A stretch of DNA of 64,000 bases from Eledone cirrhosa. Its lineage: Eukaryota. Shown here piece after piece: positions 15,019-28,165 of this stretch (the first letter of the stretch is position 1; every line of letters starts with the position of its first letter). The position numbers and the translations under genes were made by a program. The DNA is taken from the NCBI GenBank assembly GCA_964016885.1, contig OZ024742.1, positions 299,088,001 through 299,152,000 on the forward strand, written 5' to 3'. Under the pieces are notes generated by a model, which ran no database searches, had not been told where the DNA came from, and was given only the letters and a program-made list of their open reading frames with translations.

Positions 15019-15645
15019 ATGGTTATTAAATTCAATTAGGGTTTTAGGTGCAGTTAAAATGATATTAATTTCATCACTAGATAACTCAATATATTTTGAA
15101 GCGTAAATAAGTGCCTTATTAAGTAAGTTAGGGGTAATTGAGGAGTAATATTTAGCAATATCAATTTGTATAAATTGTTTCCTATGTTTTAATTTAATGT
15201 CTGCGAACCAATCTATTACTTCATTTGTACCGTTCCAGAGTTTAAGGTGTAATTTGTGCTTAAGTACTGGTATGATCCTATCTAGTTTGCTAATTATGTC
15301 TAAATCAGATTTAGATAGTGAAATAAGTCTGAAATTAATATCATTTTAACCGCACGTAAAACCCTAATTGAATTTAATAACCATCTCTGGACAAGAGCTG
15401 ATAGACAACAATTTGGATATCACTATAGCATCATCTGACTCAGCTCAAGTAACAGACCTCGTTGGAATATTTATTCTTAATGTACTACATAGAAAAATGC
15501 CAGAGATGGCCGGAGGTTTATATCGCGACGATATTTTACTTATAGTTGATAACCATAGCAATAGCGAACTTAGTAGGGAAAAGAAAATTATCATAGAATT
15601 TTTCAATAATTATAACCTTAAATTAGAAATTGAGAATAAATAAAT
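15015..15645. mobile_element. Penelope-like reverse transcriptase fragment with internal inversion
   Basis: + strand: SDSAQVTDLVGIFIL...GGLYRDDILLIV...FFNNYNLKLEIE (PLE RT YRDD motif). Minus strand 15325-15015: LDRIIPVLKHKLHLKLWNGTNEVIDWF...FIQIDIAKYYSSITPNLLNKAL...EINIILTAPKTLIEFNN (preceding RT motif A region). Confidence 0.85.
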
Positions 15646-15651
15646 ATTTTA

Positions 15652-15716
<65 letters not shown>

Positions 15717-15719
<3 letters not shown>

Positions 15720-17660
15720 TATTTTCACGCCATCGTCCCACTGCATCGTCAGCTCTGTCAGCCGCCATCTCCTCCTCGGCCCTTTCTTTTGCCTGACCGC
15801 CGTGCACCTTCAAGACTCCCATGGCTATTTATGCGGCATCAATTCCTTGCCACCCACTTAAACGTCATCAGCATGGCTTATTGTTGCGCCATTTCCCACT
15901 GATTTTTGCAGGCTAAACACAATACCAACGTGCATGATAGTCCATGGTAAATCTTTTTAATTTCATGTTCATCATGCTAAGCAAAGGATGAATAGCAACT
16001 CTTTCATTTCTCCTGACATGCCTTTCTGTCAATTATGGCCGAGAAGCATCCTATGTAGCATCGCGTCTTCTCAAGCGATCAGCGTGCCTTCCACTGTCCT
16101 CACAATTGACTCACAACGCCGCATCTATTCCCTGCGACGCCCCTAAACATCATCAGCATGGCTTATTTTTCTGCCGCGTTTAACCGGCCCTCATTCTAGG
16201 CCATAAACAACAAAACCGCACGATGATGCTGCGTAAGTCTATTTAAATTAATGGTCAACATGTCCAGCAAAACAATTGTACCAAATCTTCCTCTTCATCT
16301 CCAAGGCCTATCCATTACATCTTAGAGGTCGGGATTCGCAATTTCTACGATTTCAATATTGATACAACAGTCCGTCAGGTTTTTCGGCACATGTTGCTCC
16401 GATAGGAATATCAACGTGATTTTCACTTAATTCGTAAGTGTTAAGTCTTCCGTATGCTTTTATTTGTTATTGATACAACACCGACTACAATCATCTAACT
16501 TCACTTTGTAGGCTAGACGTGAATCACAAGGAAAACAATCCTCTGATATACAACCCCACCAAATTCTTTGGTCTACCTAGATTTCAATGGCTATATCCTT
16601 TGCTTTTGTACGGTTGTACATTTGACAATGTCGCAAAACATTATTCCACTTGATTCTTACCTTTCAGCTATGAATTGGGCAGTGCCTTAAAATCCCGGTT
16701 TATTTGCGTGCAATGTTTTGGTATCTTATGAATGGAGAATCGAAAACCATTTTTCTCATAACCTGATACATGTGTTACACATGCTCCATGGATGTTTGTG
16801 GGCTATTTTTACAAAATACCAATATCACAGATTGGAGCACAAAAAGAAACGTTTGTTCTTCATTTATTTCGGTTAAAGCATCCTGCTGGAATTTAGCGCA
16901 GACCCGTTTAAATGCAGCGCCTTATAACCCGGAGTGTAACCGGGTACACCAGCTAGAAAGACAAATGGAAACATTGTTTCCTCGGTCCGATTTGACGAAA
17001 GTCGATTTAGTTCCACAACAAATTAACAAACCAAACTTGTAGACACGTTGAGGCTGTTGCAAAGGGCAATAACCCTAGACACAATTTTGATCAACTTTTT
17101 TTCACCTATAGCAAATTTACCGGGAGAGGTTTTTAGCTACTCAAATCTACTTCAGAGGTCACGCACTGATGTAAAAAATCAATAAATCTGAAGCGGGGGT
17201 TCGACTTTGCGCAAAAAACAAGGCGAAGTTGCACATGGGAAAACTTTTTGCAGGAACGTCCGATTTTCTTGAAAACTTCCGCAAAAGACTCCCCATTATG
17301 CCGCGGTTCAGATAAAGTCCCTTTTATTTCTTCTTCTGCACATGTGAGGGCGAAAATTGTAAAAATAAAAACCTGTGAAAAAATCGACTTTTTCACCCTG
17401 CTTCAAAAATCAACTGAAAATTCAATTTCAAGTGAATTTGACTTCCGTCAGTCGTGCAAAGAACAATTTCAACGATACACTGTGAACCTACAATTGATCC
17501 ATTATTTATGCTCAATTACACACCTGCGTTTACTAACCTCTGTTTTTTCCTTGGGCTTCGAAGGTTTTTGCACCTGTCATGCGCGGAAAGTAACTTTAAC
17601 ACATTTTAACAACAGAGCAAAGATCGACTTACACCCGGACAACGCCGGGTACTTCTGCGA

Positions 17661-17661
<1 letters not shown>
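15717..17661 (+). mobile_element. Non-autonomous Helitron-like sequence with two 3'-end signatures
   Basis: Hairpin acccgg-agtgtaa-ccgggt then CTAG (16927-16956). Hairpin acccgg-acaacg-ccgggt then CGAG|T (17633-17662). Internal about 290-bp diverged duplication (catcagcatggcttatt at about 15866 and about 16151). Flanked by (TA)n. Confidence 0.55.
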
Positions 17662-17710
<49 letters not shown>

Positions 17711-17714
17711 TTAG

Positions 17715-17990
17715 TGAATAGGGTGTTCTGTGTTGTGTTCTTAAGTCAGACAATTTATTTCACATTGGTCCTGTTCACTCTGCGGAAAATGAGTTTTACT
17801 TCTAATTCAAAGAATCAACATTGCCACACAGTGTCACGCTGAATCTCACTAAGAGTTGCGTTATAGATTATAGATGTACATCTATGTGTTATGCTCAGTT
17901 ACTTACAAGTTAATTTCACAAGCAAGCTCTTTCTTTCACCGAATCAGCTGGAACATACGCTACTGGAACCGGGGCAGGTCCAACGTACAT
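17715..17990 (+). mobile_element. Decayed CORE-like SINE (family with tgtcacgctgaatctc...gttaatttcac tail)
   Basis: gttcttaagtcagacaatttatttcacattg and gtgtcacgctgaatctc motifs. Related copies at about 25770-26095 (+), 28770-29100 (+), 34610-34855 (-), 39590-39705 (-) and 62630-62900 (+). Confidence 0.6.
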
Positions 17991-20378
17991 ATGTCTCATG
18001 ATTGCTTTATTTTTATTGTTTTTTTTCTACGGATATTTAGAGTAGAATCTGCTGAACATTTACGATAAACAATTTCTGTAATAATGCAATTTAATTACTA
18101 ATTAAGTTCCAAGATATTTGCCTCATAATCAATTTATAATTCCATAACAAACCGTATTTTCTTTTTGTTTCTTTTTATTTTCTTTAAAATATACACATTG
18201 ATAAATCAATAGGTTTATCTTGCGACTGTGCGCTGTAATTCTTTTATCTCAAAACAGAAATATTTTGCTGTTAGGATCAGTTTTATCACAATACAGTTCC
18301 ACATTCACACATCTGCCGAAAGATAAGATTCAATCAAATGTAATTAATTTTTTTCTCTAGGTGTAAATCGAAATAGATGGTCGTCTATTCTATATAATTC
18401 GAAGTGAGCAATATTATCTTGAGATTGTATATATTCATTTCACAACCGTAGAAAAGAATCATCACTGAAGCAGGAGTATTTGAATAAAACGATTTTATGA
18501 AAAATTTCATTTGTAGATATTAAGAGCACTGCGACGTATTAATATAAATGATAATTCAACTAAGCGATTATACATGTGATGTAACGAAAGAATAAAGCGG
18601 GTTATTATAATGCTAGACAAGTCCATTACGGTTCGCTGAGAAAAGGAACATCAGCAAGCGACGGAAGTAATTATGTAAAATGTAATGAAAATACTCTTAG
18701 AGATAGATCCTAGATGATTCGGAACGATATCAAAATATATTTACGCCATTGTCTCTTCTATAGCACACCACTTCGTGTCTTTTATTCCAAACCACAACAT
18801 GTCATTCCAGATTTGTTAAATGGTTCTATTTGTATTGTGTAATAAACAATATAACCAATTCGCTTCACTTTGAATTAGATCGTCTGTAAAGATTAGTTTC
18901 TTTCAGAAGTATGCTGCGTAATTGTTTTTGTTTTTTTACAACACTGAAGACTGGGCACACTTAAAATATAGTTTCTTGGAAAATTTTAAGACTACGAAAA
19001 TCCTGATTCTCCTATAATATATGTTAACTACTGTTCATTTGTATGAAATAACATAAACGAGTTTTCGCTTGTTTCTCATTTACAATCAAAACCAACAGCA
19101 GTAAATTTCTTAGACATTATGCCTATTATTAAGGATACGATATGCAAACCTTCTTAAGAAGCCCTTTTATATTCGTTTATTTTTTCGTTGCATGGGTTGC
19201 CAGCATAATGGACAATATGGAAATACGTTTAAACATATAGACCAAAGACATCTATCAGCATAACTCTCTTCTCGCTACCTGATATACAATGAAAGCGTTT
19301 TAAATACTGCAGCAATCTTTTACCGTTGACAAAAGGAATTCCAAAATGAATTTGGATTTCTAAAGAATTTAAAAAAGCACCGTATTTCAAGAATTTATAG
19401 ATGACGATAAGGCTTTAAGATATCTAAAGCTCAAGTTATTTGCTATTCATCATGCTGAGACATCATTAACTACAAAACATTACTCTATATGATTGGTCAA
19501 ATAAAACGAGAGAGAAAAGTGTTCCAAGAATATTTTCATAGAATGCAGATTTTGTAATTCTATGCATTTCAGTAATATATTGCAGAGAACTTGACATTAG
19601 TTAAGAGACTAGCTCTCAATCTACTGTGTTGTAAGTTTCGCTGCCATCACCAAGCCTGTGTAAAGTTAGTAATAGGCCTAACCAAGGTGTAAAACGTAGA
19701 CTTTATTTAAAACTGCTCACTAAATAATTTAGAAATCACTACTAATTACATATGATTTATATGTAGATTCGAGTATAAACAGATATATATGGGATGTACA
19801 CGATACACATAGACATAACTGAACAGAGCAAAACAACTAGAATTTGAGGCAACTGTAAAATGAAATCTGTCGATCGTAAGATGGACCGAAGGAAACTATG
19901 ATCGCATTGGTCTTTACAATGCTGATAAAATCTGTCGGTCACAATTCTTGGCAGAGAGAGGTGGGATTTGAACTCAGAACGCACAGAGCTGTTTGAGATA
20001 GAGCAATCATCCTGTCTGCCTTTTTACCAATTCTGCCAATCTGCTGACATGTATTTAGTAACGCTCATAAATGAAAGGCAAAGTTGACCTCGGTGGGGTT
20101 GGGACGCAAAGTGCAGAGGATCAGAACAAATACTTAAATATTTAATCTGATGTTTGATGACTGCTGGCTCACCAAACATTTTATGTTCATACTAACTTGC
20201 CCCTCCCCCCACCTTGCTCAGACTTGACTAATACCTAGAATGTTTACTTGCATCTTCTTTCTTTCATTGGATTCAAATATTTGAAATTTATGTGGTAGAA
20301 ATCTTGTTACATGTGTACATTTAATTCTTTTAATATCAATCCCACTGAAACCAGCCCTCGCTCTATGAAAACAATAAT

Positions 20379-20561
20379 AGTTTCTACTCTTGGCACAAGG
20401 CCAGCAATTATCCCAGCGCATTACTGGTACTTTATTTTATCGACCCCGTAAGGATGAAAGGCAAAGTTAACCTCGGCGATATTTGAACTCAGAATGGCAA
20501 GGGCCGTAACTCTATGCGTCAAAGAATGGTGTCCAACCCTCTACCGATACTGCCAATCCAC
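20379..20561 (-). mobile_element. SINE family B copy with 20-bp target-site duplication
   Basis: Full family B sequence flanked by direct repeat cgctctatgaaaacaataat at 20359-20378 and 20562-20581. Confidence 0.85.
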
Positions 20562-22089
20562 CGCTCTATGAAAACAATAATGTCCGTTTAAAGAGCTCGT
20601 AATTATATCAGAACCAGCCTTCTTTACAAATTTCCTCCGAACTGATTATTTTCAGAAATAATCCATACACATTGGCTAAACTTCGTTGCAAATATTGTTA
20701 CGGAAGGGTTGAAGTGATGATACACAAAATAGTACTATATTGAAGCAGGTTTGTAAAGCCTTTCTTATGTTGATGTTTTCTTCACAACATGACACATTCT
20801 TTCACCTCCAATATATTTTTTATACTAGTGAATATATATCTTGTCACTCTTTCTATCTCTATATACATATATATACCTCCCTCCCCCTCTCCCCCTCTCT
20901 CTCTTTCACTCCCCGCTCTCTCTTACGCCTGAAATTGTGATATTGAAGAAAAGCAAGCATTGAAAGTTTATTCAATAGATTTCGTTCTTGCACCATTTTC
21001 TGACAGCTACAGACAGAAAATAAAATAGACAGCTAACAAATAGACTGAATCAGTAAAGGATAATTGATTATGTTGTAAAGGTGGATGGCTACCTGTACCA
21101 AAATATAATAAAATAAGATAAACCAAACACCTGATAATTATATTACTGTGACAGTATATTTTTGTGAAAGAGACAATGTATGTGTACATGTGAATTAGTA
21201 CATGCATCCATGAGTACATATTGTACATGTATGTATTTCTATATATGTTAAATATGTCAGCTCTGAAAGACATAATCTAGATTTTTTTATATTATCAAAT
21301 TTGTTAACATCTGACTTGCACAAAATTCTTCTCGAAAGGGAAAGTACATTAAATAAGGGGAGAAATTAAGAAAAGAAGAAATGTCAGATTTATAGAGAAA
21401 TAAATATTTCAATACATGAACTAAATCTAGGAGAAAGATATGGAGAGACAAACCATCGGATTGTAAAAAAATTCAAATATTTTGTTTAGTTTTTCTTCCA
21501 ACGCCAGGCTTCGATGTATCACAATAACATAATGTCTAATGTTTACGAGAATAATTTAAGATTCTTTTGAGATTTTATAACCAAACAATATGTGATAGAA
21601 CATTAATGGATCTATAATATACTGGCTGTTATTTAACAAAACAACCAGCGGGAAGTAATTTGTTTAATTTCAATTTATTATATATTTTCTGGAAATGATG
21701 TTATTGTTTGCAATATGGATCGTATAAGCGAAATAGGAAATATCGTCTGAAAATGTAGAAGGAAAATCCTATGCTAATATGTTTAACAAAATGAATACAA
21801 AAAGCAAAACAAAAACATAAATAAATAAATAGAAGACAAAAATGATTCTTTTTACTACATGTCTGCTACATACTAGCTTATACATAATATGGTCACATAC
21901 ACAAAGACATACGCGTATCGATTTCTTTATACTGGACTTTCGTTTAGAAATTTATCCTGTTTATTAGAAATTCCTCACGCACTGACAACCCTCAAGGCAG
22001 AGAGAGAGAGGGGGAAAAGAAGAAGGAAAGAAATGAGCAATCAGTGACAATTTATTTGAGAGTTTTACTATTATTTAAATATATATATA

Positions 22090-22600
22090 CAAGTTTAGCC
22101 GAGACATTGACATAAGTTTTTGGCTTGCGCATCGGCGTTTCCTTGAGGCTTGGCCTCCGGATCTGAGAGCCACACCAATGTCGCTGCGGATCCAGCGTGG
22201 ACTCTTTCGGCCTCCACCCGCTTTCCTGTTGCCACAGTGCCAGCCGCCTTCCACGCCATGCTGCATCGACACTTTCTGCAGCCGCAACCTGGTACAGTCT
22301 GCGACAAACCCAAGTTCTGCTGCAGGTCGGGCTGAGGAGGTCAAACTCTTCAAATACCGGTCGCTCTCCGACAGGTTTGCGGTTGCACCCCTGGCAGTGG
22401 AGACTTCTGGTGTCCTCGGCCCTAGGGATACCTCCCTACACACCACCATAGGCGCTGAGCTGGCCATCCGCAGGTGTGAGCCCCGCGAGTTGGAGTGATT
22501 TTTCCAGCGCGTCTCCCTTGCCGTCCTCCGGGGAAAAGCCTTCTCCATCCTTCTGCCGGGGGGGGGGGGGCGTCGCGTATCATTCCATATTTAAGTATGG
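22090..22600 (+). mobile_element. CRE-like non-LTR retrotransposon 3' fragment (restriction-like endonuclease domain)
   Basis: GC-rich island encoding CCIDTFCSRNLVQSATNPSSAAGRAEEVKLFKYRSLSDRFAVAPLAVETSGVLGP...RRCEPRELE*FFQRVSLAVLRG, the typical RLE C-terminus of CRE-clade elements. Confidence 0.75.
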
Positions 22601-23533
22601 TCAATGAAGAATATGTACCAATAGCCGGCTGTGGATAGTTTTTGACTCATGATATGAAAACAACCGTCTGTTTATCAGTAGTATATTCACCCTTTATCCC
22701 CCAAATTTCTTAAATCCTAACAAGCTACTTGGGCAGCTAAATTATGTAGCCCCAGAGAGAGAGAGAGAGAGAGGAGAGAGCCTCGTTTTCAGATAGCCCA
22801 TATAAAAGCTCTGCTTACTTAGTTACCAAGAGCAAACTTTATGTCCAGGGACTAAGGTGTGTCAGCCAGTGGCACAAAGATAGATGATCTTACGACCTAT
22901 GAGGTTGGGCACTCAACCCGATCAAGTCGACCGATAAAATTTAAATTTTCAAGTGTACAGTCGACTCTGAAAAGATGCAAACAAAGTTGACTTCTGCAGG
23001 AGTTGGAAATCAAAGACTGGAAGCAGTGTCGGGCTAAGGACAAACGAGGCCCTGTGTTAGTTAAGTTATGAGACCCTTTACGTGGGCCCTGAAGAAAGTA
23101 AAATATTTTTGGCAGGAAGATAGTCCCCTTCTTCCTGGCCAACGAGGATCTGTGCTTAAGCTCACCTAAGCACAATTGAAAATCCGGCAATGACTGGAAG
23201 GAGTTTACAACAGCGCTTTTAAAGCTCACGCAAATTAGTTGCAGACCTTTAACATTTCAAATTAAATATTGCAAAATAAAAATAATAAATAGTGCATATG
23301 TTTGTGCAGTAAAGCTAGAGCTGTCACTCGCAAAAGGATGTAAGATACAGTGGACATCGGTGGTGTTTGAACCCAAAACTAAAAAACCCGGATCAAATAG
23401 CCTACACTCTAACGACTCTGGCAAATAATATTAAATGCTTATTAACTTACTCTTCTGGCCGCTGGTGTAAATGCCTCTGGAGTTGACTGCAGTTTGTTAC
23501 ATCCTATAAAACGTACAACAAAATAACAGAAAT

Positions 23534-23733
23534 ATACAGACCTGTCAACTCTCTCCGTCCGACGGGGACATCCCTCATCCACTTTGGGGTGGGTAAGAGA
23601 TGTCTTCTCTTATGAAAATGGGAATAGCTTTTTTTATGCAAAATCTCCCAATTTTGCCTGATTTCTCCCCGTTTCGGAGCACTTTTATTCATAGTATTCC
23701 CTATTGGGGTTTTTAGAGGGTGACAGGTTTGTA
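23534..23733. mobile_element. About 200-bp MITE
   Basis: Terminal inverted repeats atacagacctgtcaactctc ... gagggtgacaggtttgtat. Confidence 0.6.
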
Positions 23734-24384
23734 TATATTTAGTTCCAATCGATTGCTAATCACCTCCACCGGAAAAAATACATTATCCTTGTACTTCTAT
23801 AAGATATATGATATCCACCGTTTGTAGTTATTTCACAAAACGTACATCCCCCTCATAAAATGATAGATAAGCTAATGGATATATTATCAGTCTTAAAAGA
23901 GAAATGTTTTCTCTCTATCCCTCACTCTCTCTATCGTTCTTTCTCTCCACAGCTAGCTCTCTCTCTCTCTCTCTCTAGCTTTCTCTCCATCTCTGTGTGT
24001 ATATATTTATATATATTAACTCACACACACATACATACACACGAGCGCACATACGCGCACGCACACACACACACACACACATATATACCCCCCCCCCATA
24101 TATATATATGTGTGTCTTTGTATGTATGCTTCTTTTCTCAATATGCAATGCTTTCGCCTGTTTGGAAATCTCACAAGTTTTGATTCTCAAAAAGATATAA
24201 GGTTACATAAAATGTCATCAAACTTCGATTATATATTTAAAATATTACGTTCAACTTAACATTCAATAGTCTGTATATATATATATATATATACATAAAA
24301 GCTTATCCCGGGTTCAATCGGGGGTAACCACAGTAAGTAAGTTATTCAATACAAAGCAGAGTATAAATATTAAATATAGAAAAG

Positions 24385-24486
24385 GTTTCTACAGAACCAG
24401 AACTGTCTCATTCGGGAGAAATCATCAGGAAGCAGGTCTTCTTGATGATTTCTCCCGAATGAAACAGTTCTAGTCCTGTAGAAGCC
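24385..24486. mobile_element. Short fold-back of hammerhead-bearing family H
   Basis: ttctacagaaccagaactgtctcattcgggagaaatcatcaggaag-cagg-tcttcttgatgatttctcccgaatgaaacagttctagtcctgtagaa. Homologous to the ends of 24837-25234. Confidence 0.75.
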
Positions 24487-24505
24487 TATACTATAATAAA
24501 TATAT

Positions 24506-24543
<38 letters not shown>

Positions 24544-24771
24544 GTGGGGGGGGGGGTGTACGCGCGTGTGTGTGTATCAGACTTGCAGGGGGATGGGCTC
24601 TGCCAGGGTTATAACGTTCAAGAAATGCCGCATATCAATACGACACCCCTACGACTCTCTCGGGAGTTACGTTACCAAACCATCCCATATTATATATATA
24701 TATATATATATGTATATGTGTATATATGTATATGTGTATGTATGTATGTATGTATGTATGTATATATATAT

Positions 24772-24808
<37 letters not shown>

Positions 24809-24836
24809 AGTAAGGTACTCAATACATAGCAATTTG

Positions 24837-25234
24837 AATATAGATGAGATTCTACAGGACTAGAACTGTTTCATTCTTTAGAAATCATCAGGAATCTGGC
24901 TGTCCAAAATAAATGTTGTGGTATTTATATCTTTTCTGGTGGTAGGAGAGGTAGGAGAGGGTGGGGAGTGGGATGGGTGGAGGTCATTGGTTGAAAGAAA
25001 AGGGAATTCATTAAAAGCTAATTCTTTAAGGCTAGAATATAAATTATAGACTTAAAGAACTACCTTTTAATGAATTCCCTTTTCTTTCAACCAATGACCT
25101 CCACCCATCCCACTCCCCGCCTTCTCCTACCACCAGAAAAGATATAAATACCATAACATTTATTTTGGACAGCCAGATTCCTGATGATTTCTAAAGAATG
25201 AAACAGTTCTAGTCCTGTAGAATCTCATCTATAT
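24837..25234. mobile_element. Near-perfect about 400-bp fold-back element (family H) in (TA)n
   Basis: Arms 24837-25031 and 25051-25234 are reverse complements with few mismatches and a loop of about 20 nt. Confidence 0.85.
25175..25226 (+). ncRNA. Complete type I hammerhead ribozyme (mirror copy on - strand at 24847-24897)
   Basis: agattc-CTGATGA-tttc[taaa]gaat-GAA-acag[ttctagtc]ctgt-A-gaatct. Stem I 6 bp, intact core, stem III 4 bp, GUA cleavage triplet. Confidence 0.8.
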
Positions 25235-27772
25235 TATATATATATATTATACTAATATAGCACCCCTCTTAAGGTTACTAGTGATTCTGAATACTTTGTT
25301 TTCTCCTTTAAACAATTCAACTTTCTTCCTTTTTGATAGAACGATTCGGTACCCTAAATGATGATGATCATACGTGGTACCACAAATACCTTATGAGATA
25401 TGAAATCGCTACACAAGTAAACACTTCTTCGTTGTATCAGATCTTTCAGATGTCGCGTAACTCTTTTCATACCCTCAGCATTTTTCTAGTGAAATTAGGA
25501 GGGAAGGTTTTCTTGAGAAATATAAATACTTTCAAATTAGGATTTCTGTATCTCATAGCATGTTGGTAAAAACATATAGGGTTAATACCAAAACTATACT
25601 ACCATTCACTTAGATCATAACGTCCTGGTTAAAATGTCGAAGAAAGCTTTTTTAACCTCTACTTATGTGTAGGGTGGAGTAAAATGTCGGTTAACTATTC
25701 TACCGAGTGTAACTTTGTTTTCAATCACATTGCAGTATATATTTCCATCTATAATAGAATGAAGAAGTAGCATAATCGAACGGTTAAGAAGTTTACTTCG
25801 CAATCATTAGGACCAGGATTTGATCCCACTAGGAGACATTTGAGTAAGTATCATTTACTAAAACCCCGGGTGGACTAATGCCTTGTGAGTAAAATTGCAT
25901 TGACAAAAACTGTTTGGAAGCCCGCCAGGTGAATTACAACTGTAATTCAAAGAGCCAACCATGTTATACGCTGTGTCACATTAAATCTCCATGTGAATTA
26001 CATTAAGGGTATGTATATGCATGTTTCATTAGCAGATTGTTCCGTTGATTGAACAACTGAAACATTCATAGTTGAAATCGATGGAGGTCCGTTCCACAAC
26101 AAAAGAATATTTATTAATCAGGAGGAAACAAATACCATTAATATCCAAGTATATTGTCAATTACAAGCCACTTTCACTTTCATTTTAGATATAAGCACGA
26201 CAATGTCAAGTTAATATGCTATTATTAATTTCTTCCCATTACAGGTGTTACTAATATTAACAATAGTGTTTCAGTTCAAATTGATTTTTTCTTTTCTTTT
26301 CTGAGGAAATATCAATGGGTCTTCAACAAAGTCAACCTGGTTATATCAATATATAAAGTAGCCCTGTGTGAGACTGTATTGAAAATTATGTCAACCTAAC
26401 TAAACATTGTAAAACGATTTTGATGTCATTAAGATAGTCGCAGTAATGTGGTTTTCCTGATACTTTTCAGTGGGAACAGTAGCTCATCAGGACACTACGT
26501 ACTAAAGTCCATTCGCTGCAGTATTTCTTGCGCGCTTCCATCCACTACATTATTAAATACCAGATATAAACGGAGGATTTCATATTGCGCTGAACACCTA
26601 TGAACCTTCTGGTGCTTTCGCGCACCGGATCGTTGCTTTCCTCCGACTAATTTGGATGGTGGTGACACGTTTAAGGAATGTGTAACGGCTAATGCAGCGG
26701 ATATCGCTGGCTGTTCATTCTGGCATCGATTTTGACATCCTGTCGACGAGGCTCCTCAATTATGTATTCTAAGCTATGGTCGCATCTCACTTACCTCAGT
26801 ACGCATGTAAGAGCTCTGCATACATGTGTTTCAGAATTTTTATTCATCATTAGCAAAGCTTACTTACTTCAAGATACTGAAGTATAGAAGATAATATCTT
26901 GTTATCGATTTTGTAAATACTATTGTTTTTCAAACTTGCTTCGATACAGTGTATCTTTATACGTGAATAGACTTATATGCAAAACACTTCTTGTCTTCTA
27001 TATTAGAGTATCACATATAAACAACGTTGTTGGTGTATATAGCGCTATTACACGTGTTTTGAGATACTTATGATGGCAACAACTTAAAATACTTATAGTG
27101 AGACTTTGTGTCTGCTTATTATACATAAACATATAATGAACGGGTGCTATACTTGTTTATTGTAATTAATCTTTGGGGCTTACCATTGAATATGAGTCAG
27201 CGTTACCATTAGACCAACTAGGCAGCCACCTTGGACGCAGATATTAGAAAGGCACATTACAGAATCTTAGATGATCGCAGTTATATAACAAATTATATAA
27301 TTAACTAAAATATATATAATTTCCTTCGATTAAAATCACTAAATATATCTGCTGCAAGCAGCGTTGTGGATGTACCCAAATCGGTGAAGTGGGCCGTACG
27401 GTGCCATGACCTCAAATATCATTTTGTATGGTCAGCAGGGGCTGTGTCGTAAAAAATGCAGGCTTAGTGATATTCTTATTGTGGTCTGAGCAAGAATGAT
27501 CAAAAATAATGTTCATCATTTTACTAGACACTAGGCTGAAATTATTTTATTTGAAAAATCGAACGCATAACTGAGAAATGTGGATGCACCTTGTACTATA
27601 GGAAATTCGTGTTTATTTTAGGATCATTAACAATCAGCAACAGGAATTTCTACACGCTCTGCTAGTCGTTATTACTGACCAAATGCTTAAGAATGAAGTT
27701 TGTAACGTATTTTGTCTGTAGTTCATTTCAACACATTTAATTCTTATGTTGTTCCTTACTCGCAATATTCTT

Positions 27773-28165
27773 TAATAATTGTTTCTACTTTTGGCACAAG
27801 GCCAGCAATTTCCCCAGTTCTTTACTGGTGCTTTATATAATCGACCCCGTAAGGATGAACTAAAGCTAACCTCGGCGGGATGAACTAAAGCTAACCTCGG
27901 TGGGATTTGAACACAGAACATAAAGGGCCATTACTCTATGCTGCAGACCATGGTTTCTGACGCTCTACCGATACTGCCAATCCACAACTCTAGTTTTAAT
28001 AATTGTTTCTACTATCGGCACAAGGCCAGCAATTATCCCACTGCATTATTGGAGCTTTATTTTATCGACCTCTTAAGGATGAAAGGTAAAGTTAGCCTCG
28101 ACGTGATTTGAATTCAGAACATAAAGGACCATAACTCTATGCTGCAAAGCATAGAGTTATGGCCC
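27773..28165 (-). mobile_element. Two tandem SINE family B copies
   Basis: Two units beginning taataattgtttctact...ggcacaaggccagcaatt. The first has an internal 26-bp duplication; the second ends in a hairpin (28127-28164). Confidence 0.8.

Noticed and set aside
17133-17396. ORF with signal-peptide-like start (MKKSIFSQVFIFTIFALTCAEEE)
   Set aside because: Non-ATG start, inside a Helitron-like repeat, no splice support.
22810-23230. Moderately GC-rich stretch with a 110-aa ORF
   Set aside because: No recognisable motif in any frame; probably a decayed TE fragment that cannot be classified by eye.
26450-26497. Minus-strand CTGATGA...GAAA motif
   Set aside because: Stem II and stem I pair poorly and there is no (TA)n context; likely chance.
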